Part shown: positions 31,227-39,757 of the stretch, one piece after another
Position numbering within the stretch: the stretch's first letter is position 1
How the letters are laid out: each line of letters begins with the position of its first letter
Source: a virus
IMG/VR virus record: IMGVR_UViG_3300029825_000002
Coordinates: 23,129-87,128 of that record
DNA: 64,000 nt
Reading direction: 5' to 3' (one strand)
Program-made: the position numbers and the translations under genes
The notes under the pieces: generated by a model
What the model was told of the DNA's origin: nothing
What the model saw: the letters and a program-made list of their open reading frames with translations, nothing else
Databases searched by the model: none

Positions 31227-31638
31227 TTTATTAAGTAGACCTGGAACACTTAGAGTTAGTAGAAGTTTAATTGAACATGACCCCGAAGGGTTATTAATTA
31301 TGTTGAAAGATGTATTGGTAGTTAAGATTGAGGATGAAGCTTTTACACCTAATGCTATTTATTATGGCTATTCTAAACATTTTGATGTACAGGAGGGTGA
31401 CAGTATTCCACCTAGATATTGGTTTTCTATTATAGATGGTAAAGTAGAATGGCGAAAAGCAAATACTTATAATAGAGAAGATGTACATGATATGATGGCT
31501 AAACTAAGAACAGATATGAAAGAAGATTTTTTGCAATTAATACATCAGGTATATGGTCAGCATCATAGTAAAGAAGGGAATGAAAATCTGGATGAATGTA
31601 AAGAAAAAGTCACAGATACAGGAAAAAAGAGTAGCTAA
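31219..31638 (+). CDS. Hypothetical protein
   Basis: Overlaps neighbours in operon. Confidence 0.5.
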   Translation: MSDLLSRPGTLRVSRSLIEHDPEGLLIMLKDVLVVKIEDEAFTPNAIYYGYSKHFDVQEGDSIPPRYWFSIIDGKVEWRKANTYNREDVHDMMAKLRTDMKEDFLQLIHQVYGQHHSKEGNENLDECKEKVTDTGKKSS

Positions 31639-32125
31639 AGAAATAAATGGACAACCTACCATAGCAAGTGGAGCAATCTGGACGCAAAAAGCGGATGCAA
31701 GAGCAGATTTATTTTTGTGTGAATGTAAGACAACAGATAAAGCTTATTATCCTTTACAAGTAAAAACATGGTTAAAGATAGAAAAAGAAGCATTGAAAGA
31801 TAGTATAAGAACTCCTATTATGTGCATTGATTTAAGAGGTGGAAAGAATAAAATTGCAGTAGTTAGATATTTAGATTTAATTAGTTTGGATATTCCAGAC
31901 CATGTTCAGTTTTTGGGTAATGCACAACCAGAAATAATAGAGAATAAAAGCTATAGAATAACTCCAGATTTTACTTATCAGTTAGCTAATTATGATACTA
32001 GAATGTACATTAAAAGGCATGACTTTAAATTTGTGGGAGTAAACGACCATCAAAGAGCAACTAGAAGTATTCATTTAGTAATGCTTGAATGGGATGATTT
32101 TCTAAGATTATCAAAGGAGGATTAA
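31580..32125 (+). CDS. PD-(D/E)XK nuclease, Holliday junction resolvase-like
   Basis: SQIQEKRVAK..ASGA..KAD..LCECKT. Confidence 0.7.
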   Translation: MKIWMNVKKKSQIQEKRVAKEINGQPTIASGAIWTQKADARADLFLCECKTTDKAYYPLQVKTWLKIEKEALKDSIRTPIMCIDLRGGKNKIAVVRYLDLISLDIPDHVQFLGNAQPEIIENKSYRITPDFTYQLANYDTRMYIKRHDFKFVGVNDHQRATRSIHLVMLEWDDFLRLSKED

Positions 32126-32129
32126 TATA

Positions 32130-32531
32130 GTGGGTAATTATAATGATGACTATATAAAACAGCAGGAAGATAAAAAGAAATGGTTAGAAAATTTAAAAGT
32201 TGGGAATGAAGTAGCTTGTTATAGTGGTGGTTGGAGTAGACCTACCTATTCTTTAATTGTAGTAACAAGAGTAACTAAGACATTGATAGTTACAGATGCA
32301 GGGCGTTTTAGAAAAGATAATGGAGTAGCTTACGAAAAATATGGTTCTAATTCTATTCATCCTGTAACTAAAGAAGTAAAGGATGAAATACTTAAACAAA
32401 GATTAATTTCTACTATATCACCTAAATTAGATAAATTGAAGTCAACTTTATATGAATATGAATTAGATATTTTACTTAATTTTAATACTCTTATAGATAA
32501 AACTATGCTAAGAAATGGAGAAACAAAATGA
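32130..32531 (+). CDS. Hypothetical protein
   Basis: AAGGAGG SD, GTG start. Confidence 0.55.
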   Translation: MGNYNDDYIKQQEDKKKWLENLKVGNEVACYSGGWSRPTYSLIVVTRVTKTLIVTDAGRFRKDNGVAYEKYGSNSIHPVTKEVKDEILKQRLISTISPKLDKLKSTLYEYELDILLNFNTLIDKTMLRNGETK

Positions 32532-32684
32532 ATAATTTAATTGTATGCCATTTACAGGTTGGTTGTGATAATTATGATTGTCAATGTGACATATGCAGAA
32601 GAAATGATATGGCTAAACATCCTAAGTATGATTGTTATGAAAATAAAGTAATAGAAAAAATGGGAATTGGAAAGGAGAAATATA

Positions 32685-33035
32685 ATGGCTAATTGTAATC
32701 AAGTTAACTGTGCTAATGTTGCCACAGTAAAATGTATAATGTGTAAATACAACACTGTTACTATTAATAATGGTAATAACTTTGATATGTACAAAGCAGT
32801 ATCACCTCTTAACTCTAAAATGCGAAGAATTATGCAAAGTAGCTTTGTTCAAGGAATATTTTTTGTTGGTGGAATGATTTGGGGGTTACTAAAAATATTA
32901 TGTAGTATTATAGGATGGCTAGTTTTATTAGAATCAATTTATTGTCTGTATAAAGGTTTATATCTTCAAGCTTTTTATTTCTTAATCTTTGGAATGTTTG
33001 TAATCTATATAGATGACAAAGGAGGGGATAAATAA
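32685..33035 (+). CDS. Membrane protein with N-terminal Cys cluster
   Basis: AAGGAG SD; hydrophobic C-terminal half. Confidence 0.5.
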   Translation: MANCNQVNCANVATVKCIMCKYNTVTINNGNNFDMYKAVSPLNSKMRRIMQSSFVQGIFFVGGMIWGLLKILCSIIGWLVLLESIYCLYKGLYLQAFYFLIFGMFVIYIDDKGGDK

Positions 33036-33202
33036 TGGTTGATTGTGAATTTGCAGAAAGATGTGCAAATGAAGATAGTGAGTGTGATTTTTGTTGTTAT
33101 AATCCCGAAGCTTGCACACAAAATTTATTTGAACCAAAAGAAGGTTGTTTTGATTTAACAGATGAAGAACAAGACAGGATGCAAAGTTAAGGAGGGAAAT
33201 AA

Positions 33203-34108
33203 ATGAGTTTAAATAATATTTTTAAAGTGATGAAGACAGATGGATTAGTGGTTAAACCCCTAGAGAAATATTTACTAGGTTTAAATACCTTAGATAATGA
33301 TAGAGCAATTAATGTTAATGCACCTAGTCAATTGGGTGGATGCTGTAGAAGTAATTTTTATTCCCGAATGAAGTACCCTAGAGATTGTTTAATAGACCCT
33401 AGAACAAGACGGATATTTAACAATGGGGATTATGTTCACATTAGACTACAACAGTACCTAGAAGGAGCGGGACTTCTCTTAATGAGAGAAGTTCCCCTTA
33501 TAGATACAGAATTGAACATACAAGGTCATACAGATGGATTTTTAAATTTAGATAAAGTAAAAAATGCACATAAGATAAAAGATTTAAAGATACTGGAGAT
33601 AAAGTCTATTAATGATAATGCATTTAGCAAATTGAAAGATGCCAAAGAGGAACATAAAATACAAGGAACTACTTACTTGTATTGTACTGAAAGAAGAAGA
33701 CAATATTTGAGAACAAAATATAAATCGGAAGAAGAATTTAAAAAGAGTAGTCTGCACAGAATGATTAGATTTAAAAATAGATTTAGTTATTTAAAAGGTG
33801 GACACAAACATACTAAAGCAGAAAAGATAACATTACAAGTTAAGCTATGTTTGAAAGCAGATAATATTTTATTTCATACAGTTAATCCAATAACAGATGT
33901 TGTTTTCTTATATGAGGATAAAAATAATCAGGAACTTAAAGAATTTTTGGTAAGTAGAAATGAGGAAACAGTAGACTATATTAAAAATTATGCTAAGAAA
34001 TTAAACGCTTATTGTAACAATAAAGAATTACCTCCTAGAGAGGGAACAAGTAAATCTTGTAATGATTGTAGATGGTGCAATTATAGGAATACCTGTTGGG
34101 TGGTGTAA
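33203..34108 (+). CDS. Cas4/RecB-like PD-(D/E)XK exonuclease
   Basis: APSQLGGC; HIRLQ; GHTDG; LEIKS; C-terminal CNDCRWC..C cluster. Confidence 0.8.
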   Translation: MSLNNIFKVMKTDGLVVKPLEKYLLGLNTLDNDRAINVNAPSQLGGCCRSNFYSRMKYPRDCLIDPRTRRIFNNGDYVHIRLQQYLEGAGLLLMREVPLIDTELNIQGHTDGFLNLDKVKNAHKIKDLKILEIKSINDNAFSKLKDAKEEHKIQGTTYLYCTERRRQYLRTKYKSEEEFKKSSLHRMIRFKNRFSYLKGGHKHTKAEKITLQVKLCLKADNILFHTVNPITDVVFLYEDKNNQELKEFLVSRNEETVDYIKNYAKKLNAYCNNKELPPREGTSKSCNDCRWCNYRNTCWVV

Positions 34109-34233
34109 AATGCTAAAAGTAATAGTTAAGATTTTATTTGATATTTTTATGACCTGGTTTATTTGCATATTAATTATGATATGTATTTTGTTATTCTTGT
34201 ATATGTATTCTAAATTATAAGGGGGAGATTATT

Positions 34234-35022
34234 ATGTGTGAATATTGTGAAATGAAATCAAATGGAATGGGTCAGACTTATTATTCAGGAAGGGTTAATT
34301 TGGATGATGATACAGGTATAATGGCTATTACAGATAAACATCAATTAGCTGTCAATATTGGTGGTGGTCGAATAAATGCACCTATTAAGTTTTGTCCTAA
34401 TTGTGGAAGATTTTTAAATGGTGGTTCTAATGATTTGTTAACCACAGGACAAATGAAACAGCAATTAATTGAACAAGCTAAACTAATAGAAGATTCTCGA
34501 AAAGAGATAAAGTATTTGCAACAATTTGAGCCTAAAAATCATATGTTGGGAATACCCGTAGACAAAATAAAAATGCAGGAGTTAAAACATCAATGTATAG
34601 ATTTAATAATTAAACTTACTAGAGATAATATCTTAAAGCAGCTAACACCTTCTGAAAAGATGTTTTTAGTAAGAATGAATCAACAGTTACTAAAGGATAA
34701 TGTATCTAAAGATGATTTACACCAAATAATAAATTCTTTTGCTAGGTTGCTAGAAAAGTATAAAGATAATACTCTAACTTATTCTGAAGTATTAGCTAAA
34801 ATTGATAATAATGAAATGTATGAAGAAGTTGAGGACAAACCTAAAATGGATACTTTAATAATTATTAAATTGAATGATAAAATTGAAACATATCTTGGAG
34901 ACAATATAAGAGGGGTATATTTAGAACTGCAAATTGATGCTATAAATTTAGAACCAACTTTAAGATTTAAGAAGTTAAAAGGTAAACAACTAGCAGAAGA
35001 ATTTAAAAAATTGGTGGTATAG
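34234..35022 (+). CDS. Hypothetical protein with N-terminal zinc ribbon
   Basis: CEYC..FCPNCG. Confidence 0.55.
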   Translation: MCEYCEMKSNGMGQTYYSGRVNLDDDTGIMAITDKHQLAVNIGGGRINAPIKFCPNCGRFLNGGSNDLLTTGQMKQQLIEQAKLIEDSRKEIKYLQQFEPKNHMLGIPVDKIKMQELKHQCIDLIIKLTRDNILKQLTPSEKMFLVRMNQQLLKDNVSKDDLHQIINSFARLLEKYKDNTLTYSEVLAKIDNNEMYEEVEDKPKMDTLIIIKLNDKIETYLGDNIRGVYLELQIDAINLEPTLRFKKLKGKQLAEEFKKLVV

Positions 35023-35024
35023 TT

Positions 35025-35585
35025 ATGAAAAAGTTACGTAGAGTTTCTAAAGGTATTAACCCTAAAAAGGTAGTAAAAGAACGGCAGAAGAATTTAGTAG
35101 ATTTTATATCAGATTCAGTAAAAGACAAAGGGGTAGTAATATTTACCCCTGACACAAATTTAAATATAAATAATGATTATTTAACCTTACCTTCGCAACT
35201 TTCAGAAGTAAAAAGTAGAGAATTAGGAGATTATCTAAATGCTTTTACTCAACAACAAATGTATATGAGAACTTTGTTAGGATGGCAAGAATTAGTTGTA
35301 GAACAAACTAAAAGAGAATACTTTGATAGTTGTAATACTCTTTATAATGATTTAACAGAAAAGAATAAAAAAATGAGTGAAACAGCAAAAGAAAGAATAG
35401 TTAATAATACTCCAGAAGTAAAACCTTATTTCATTAAATATAAAGATGCTAAAGAAAGATTAAAGTTAATGCAATATTCTATGGAAAGTATCGGGGATGC
35501 AATATTTTTATTATCAAGAGAAATATCCCGAAAGAGTGGAGATATAACAATAGAAGGGAGAAATAATAATGTGCAAGAAAAATAA
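35025..35585 (+). CDS. Hypothetical coiled-coil protein
   Basis: ORF in recombination operon. Confidence 0.55.
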   Translation: MKKLRRVSKGINPKKVVKERQKNLVDFISDSVKDKGVVIFTPDTNLNINNDYLTLPSQLSEVKSRELGDYLNAFTQQQMYMRTLLGWQELVVEQTKREYFDSCNTLYNDLTEKNKKMSETAKERIVNNTPEVKPYFIKYKDAKERLKLMQYSMESIGDAIFLLSREISRKSGDITIEGRNNNVQEK

Positions 35586-35874
35586 AGAAACGGTTTATAT
35601 TTCTGGTAAAATAACTGGTTTAAAAGATTATAGAAAGAGATTCAAAGAGGTAGAAGATAAATTAACAGCAGAAGGTTATTTATGTATGAACCCTGCTATA
35701 TTACCCGAAGGTTTTCCTTATAAAGCTTATATATCTATAAGTATAGCTATGTTAGAACAATGTGATACAATTTACATGATGGATAACTGGAAGGATAGTG
35801 AAGGTGCTAAATTTGAATTAATGTGTGCTAAACTATTGGGTAAGAAAATAATGTATGAAAGAGGTGATAAGTAA
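35569..35874 (+). CDS. DUF4406-like (nucleoside deoxyribosyltransferase fold) protein
   Basis: VYISGKITG..NPA..MLEQCDTIYMMDNWKDSEGAKFE. Confidence 0.85.
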   Translation: MCKKNKETVYISGKITGLKDYRKRFKEVEDKLTAEGYLCMNPAILPEGFPYKAYISISIAMLEQCDTIYMMDNWKDSEGAKFELMCAKLLGKKIMYERGDK

Positions 35875-36143
35875 TGTTTAAAGTTAGAGTTAAATGGGAC
35901 AAAATAACTCATCAATGGGAATTAAGTAGCACTGAAATTGAAGCTTATGCTTGTGGTGATACTTTTGAGGAAACTTTAGATATGTTAGCAGATAATATTA
36001 TGGCTTTACGAGAAGACTACTTTAATAATATAAAGACATATTTAAATATTCCAAATATGAAAAAGCAATATCCTTATTATTTATGGATAAAGGCATACAG
36101 TAAAGAAATGCTTTTAGAATTGTTAAAAGAAGATATAGTATAA
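35874..36143 (+). CDS. HicB-like fold hypothetical protein
   Basis: AYACGDTFEETLDML resembles the HicB N-terminus. Confidence 0.4.
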   Translation: MFKVRVKWDKITHQWELSSTEIEAYACGDTFEETLDMLADNIMALREDYFNNIKTYLNIPNMKKQYPYYLWIKAYSKEMLLELLKEDIV

Positions 36144-36164
36144 TAAAGAAAAGAGGTGATAAAA

Positions 36165-36431
36165 TTGGCAAGAAAAAAGAGTAGTAAAAAAGGTGGAAAT
36201 AAAACTAAATTTAAAAGTCCTGGTCATTATACTAAAGCAGATAGAAAGAAGATACCTACTTCATCTTTTGCAGGACCACATCAATCTTTCCCTATAGTGA
36301 CACAGCAAGATGTTTATGACGCGGCTAGGTTAACTGGTCATGCTAGTAATCCAAATGCAGTAAAAAGTAAAATAAAAAGAATAGCTAAGAAAAAAGGGTT
36401 TAAATTGCCTAAATCTTGGAGAAAAAAGTAG
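36165..36431 (+). CDS. Small basic DUF6582-like protein
   Basis: FAGPHQSFPI..DV.DA..G.A..VKSKIKRIAKKKG..LPKSW; TTG start after GAGGTG. Confidence 0.6.
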   Translation: MARKKSSKKGGNKTKFKSPGHYTKADRKKIPTSSFAGPHQSFPIVTQQDVYDAARLTGHASNPNAVKSKIKRIAKKKGFKLPKSWRKK

Positions 36432-36460
36432 TTGACTAAGAAAAATTAAAGGATTATACT
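36432..36460 (+). promoter_or_regulatory. SigA-type promoter
   Basis: TTGACT-17-TATACT. Confidence 0.65.
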
Positions 36461-36587
36461 TTAAACGTAAAGTTAAGTAATACAATTTTTAACTTTTAGC
36501 TATTTAAGATTCTATTTATCAACCATTTAACAAATACCCCATAGACAATAAAAACACCTAATTAAATTTAAAAAAGGAGGAATATGA

Positions 36588-36836
36588 ATGAGTATATCTG
36601 TAGAAGATGCTAAGAAACTCAATCTGGATGAACCAGTAGTTTTAGTTGACCCTCAACAGAACAAGCCAGTACAAGGCGTGATAAAGGGTTTACAAGAAAA
36701 TGATGATGGCACAGATGTTGATGTTACTGTTAAGTACCCAACAATAGCAAAGAACACATTTAGTGCTAAAGATTTGAGTTTACCTGGTCAGGAAGTAGTT
36801 CCTAATGGTCAAGGTGAAGCACCAGAACAAAAGTAG
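36588..36836 (+). CDS. Small acidic hypothetical protein
   Basis: AAGGAGG SD. Confidence 0.6.
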   Translation: MSISVEDAKKLNLDEPVVLVDPQQNKPVQGVIKGLQENDDGTDVDVTVKYPTIAKNTFSAKDLSLPGQEVVPNGQGEAPEQK

Positions 36837-37010
36837 AGAGTTCAAAACATTTAATAAATAATCTAATGAAATATGTGATTTATTTGTTATTAATAATGAG
36901 ATTGGAGAATCAATTTTTGGTTGATTGAAAATAAGAGGTATTTTCTACCTCTTATTTTATTGCAATTTATTACTTAATAGTTGTATAATGTGGTCAGGAG
37001 GTAGATAACA

Positions 37011-37610
37011 ATGAAATTAAAAAAAGTATCTAAAGTAGAAAAGAAACCAGTAGTTAATAAGAAAAAGAAGATAAGAACTAGAAAACAAGTAAAAGCAGAA
37101 ATGATGGCTTTACGAAGAATTATTTTGGACAACCATAGAGCCACACCAGAACAGAAAGAAAAATTGGAAAGTTTACAGAAAGAATTAAAAAGTAAAATTG
37201 GTAGAAGTTCAAAGAATAAAGGAGCTAATTATGAAAGAAATTTAGCTAAATTATTCAATGAAGCATACAGAATAGAATTGAAAAGAACTCCCCAAAGTGG
37301 CGGATTTGCAAAGAAAAGTAGTAAAGCAGATGATTTTCGGGGAGATATAATAACAGTAGATAAAGATATAAACTTAAAGCTTCATATAGAAGCTAAGAAT
37401 CATAAAAAAGCTAATATTAATGGATGGTTAAAACAAGCCAATGATGATTGTCCAGAAGGAAAAATACCTATTGTAATATGGCATAAGGAAAATACTAATC
37501 CTAAAGTTGGTGAACAAGGAAATCAACAGGATTTAGTTCTAATAGATTTGAAAGACTTTTTTAGGTTAGTACCAAAGGCAAACATTATAGAAGAGAAACG
37601 AGGTAAATAA
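37011..37610 (+). CDS. Hjc-type Holliday junction resolvase
   Basis: SKNKGANYER..RTPQSGG..GDI..IEAKN..WLKQA. Confidence 0.8.
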   Translation: MKLKKVSKVEKKPVVNKKKKIRTRKQVKAEMMALRRIILDNHRATPEQKEKLESLQKELKSKIGRSSKNKGANYERNLAKLFNEAYRIELKRTPQSGGFAKKSSKADDFRGDIITVDKDINLKLHIEAKNHKKANINGWLKQANDDCPEGKIPIVIWHKENTNPKVGEQGNQQDLVLIDLKDFFRLVPKANIIEEKRGK

Positions 37611-37611
37611 C

Positions 37612-38001
37612 ATGGTTCATATTGCAGAAATTATTGGATGCCTAATTGGCATAGGAGTAGTACTCTGTTGTTTTTATGTTGTCAGAGTTGAAGGTACATC
37701 AATGCTCCCTACGTATAAGCGTGGTGATATTCTTTTAGCTACACGAGTATTTTCAAGAAAACATCTTGAAATAGATAGTGTTTATATAATAAAAACATCT
37801 AAGTTTTATAATTCAATAATATTTAAAAAGATGTTTCCTCATAAATTTATTATTAAAAGATTAAAAGTTTGGGATGCCAAACATCATTTAGTATGGATTG
37901 AAGGGGATAACAAAGCAGAATCATATGACAGTAGATATTTTGGTTTTATCACAGAAAAAAGTATTGTAGCAAAAGTATTGTGGCAAATAAAGAAGAGTTA
38001 A
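37612..38001 (+). CDS. S26 (signal peptidase I-like) serine peptidase
   Basis: N-terminal TM; VEGTSMLPT catalytic Ser; IIKRL catalytic Lys; GDN..SYDSRYFG. Confidence 0.88.
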   Translation: MVHIAEIIGCLIGIGVVLCCFYVVRVEGTSMLPTYKRGDILLATRVFSRKHLEIDSVYIIKTSKFYNSIIFKKMFPHKFIIKRLKVWDAKHHLVWIEGDNKAESYDSRYFGFITEKSIVAKVLWQIKKS

Positions 38002-38032
38002 AATAACAACTAATACAGGAGGAATGATAGAA

Positions 38033-39305
38033 ATGGATAAGAAGAAAAATATATTAAAAGTAGCGGGTAAAAGTAATGTCTCTAAAGTATCTGGAAGTAT
38101 AATTAAAAGCATAGAAGATAACAAAGATGTTGAACTTCATTCAATAGGTGCTAAATAGCATTGGCTCCTAGTAAAAAACACTGCGAAATTAAGCGGGAAG
38201 GCTGAAAAGTTAATCCGAACCGAAGGCGTGTTGTAAAAACACTAAGCTATGTATGAATGGCATAGCTATAAGCTTAAAAACTTAGTCAGGGGCAGAGCAT
38301 AGGGAGTGAACCTATAATTATAGAATATAATCTCCTCACGAGGTCGCAGTAATCTATTTTATTTCTTGCACAGTTTGATTAAATATGTTAATGTTAATAT
38401 GTAATTAATCAAACAAGTAAGGAGTGATTAACATTGTCTAATCAATATAGTAAGCAAACTTTAGCTAATATACTTACAAAAGAATATCTTGAAAAAGAAT
38501 ATGTGCAAAAACGAAGATTTATAAAGGATATATCATTAGAGGTTGGTTGTAGTTTAAATTCAGTTAGAAACTATTTAAAGAAATATAATATAGATATAGA
38601 AAATAGATATGAAGATAGACAAACCTTTAAAGGTTTAAATCCTGCTAGAAAAATAATGACTAAAGTTTATTTAAAAGAAGAATATGTGCATAAAAATAGG
38701 TCACTAAATAATATAGCTAGAGAACTAAATTGCTCTAGTGCTTTAGTCAAAGAAATGCTTTTAACACATGGAATAAAAGTAGACAAGCTAAAGTATGGTG
38801 AAACTTTTGAATTGTGCAATGGAGTTTCAGAAAGTCATGGTTATTTATTAGTCTATATGCCTAATCATAGATTAGCGGATAAGAAAGGTTATGTAAGATT
38901 ACACATATTACTAGCAGAGCATTATTTTAATAGACTAGTTAAAAAAGGTGAAGTTGTACATCATAAAAATTTTAATAAATTGGATAACACACCTGATAAT
39001 TTAGTTATTATGACTAAAAAAGAACATGACAGACTTCATGCTCAATTAAGATGGGATAATGATAATTTTAGATAGATTAAAAAGATATGCCGAACTAATA
39101 CAAATATAAGTATTAGAATTATAGGATAAAAAGCCTATAAGATAACATTATGGCTGCTGTAAATCAAGGTGCAAAAGCAATAGCTACTGCAAGAGGAATA
39201 ATGGCTACAAAAGGATATGACATTTTAGTTAAAATTGGCTTTGATGAAGTAGAGATTGAGGGAGAAACACGAACTATGCTGAAGTTTATTTTAGTTGTAC
39301 AGTAA
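38033..39305 (+). CDS. spoVS: SpoVS homologue, join(38033..38152,39153..39305), 90 aa
   Basis: Spliced product ILKVAGKSNVSKVSGSI..SIGA|AAVNQGAKAIATARG..GFDEVEIEGETRTMLKF follows the SpoVS pattern; absent from the ORF track. Confidence 0.9.
38153..39152 (+). mobile_element. Group I intron in spoVS
   Basis: U|...G| boundaries; P1 UAGGUGCU/GGCUCCUA with U-G; P3 ACUGCGA/UCGCAGU; P7 GCAUA/UAUGC. Confidence 0.9.
38434..39075 (+). CDS. Intron-encoded HNH endonuclease with two N-terminal HTH-like repeats
   Basis: GYVRLHILLAE..VVHHKNFNKLDNTPDNL; repeated L.KEYL..EYV..I..E..CS. Confidence 0.88.
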   Translation: MSNQYSKQTLANILTKEYLEKEYVQKRRFIKDISLEVGCSLNSVRNYLKKYNIDIENRYEDRQTFKGLNPARKIMTKVYLKEEYVHKNRSLNNIARELNCSSALVKEMLLTHGIKVDKLKYGETFELCNGVSESHGYLLVYMPNHRLADKKGYVRLHILLAEHYFNRLVKKGEVVHHKNFNKLDNTPDNLVIMTKKEHDRLHAQLRWDNDNFR

Positions 39306-39610
39306 TGGTTCATCTAGGACATTTTATAATATTTAAACATAGTGGTGGGTTTATTGTTTATAATGAACATAAACCCTTTCATCATAAAGGTATTAAAGGA
39401 CATTCTCATTTGCGGAATTATTCTAGTGCTAGATATGCAGTTATTTGCGTAAAGCAGAATAAAATTCCTCGAAAGTGTTCTTTAAGATATTTAGAAACAT
39501 TAATAAGACTTTCGGAAGATGAAAAGTATATAAAGAAAGTACAACAATTAATTAAAACTAGAAAACAAAAAGGAAAGAAACAAAAACCAGTAAAGAAAAA
39601 ATTAAAGTAA
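39305..39610 (+). CDS. Basic hypothetical protein
   Basis: Start overlaps the spoVS stop (TAATG). Confidence 0.6.
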   Translation: MVHLGHFIIFKHSGGFIVYNEHKPFHHKGIKGHSHLRNYSSARYAVICVKQNKIPRKCSLRYLETLIRLSEDEKYIKKVQQLIKTRKQKGKKQKPVKKKLK

Positions 39611-39631
39611 AAATATATGGAGGTAATTAAT

Positions 39632-39757
39632 ATGGAAAATAACTTATTATATAATGGAGGGGCAATAGTTAGTGTAACAAAGGTATTTAATGACATTTCA
39701 TGTTCTCATTTCTTAAAAGAGTATCAAGGTAAAGAAGGTGTTAAATTTGGGTACTAA
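39632..39757 (+). pseudogene. Orphan 5' fragment of queD (41 codons)
   Basis: GGAGGT SD; VTKVFNDISCSHFLKEYQGK parallels the QueD N-terminus. Confidence 0.7.
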
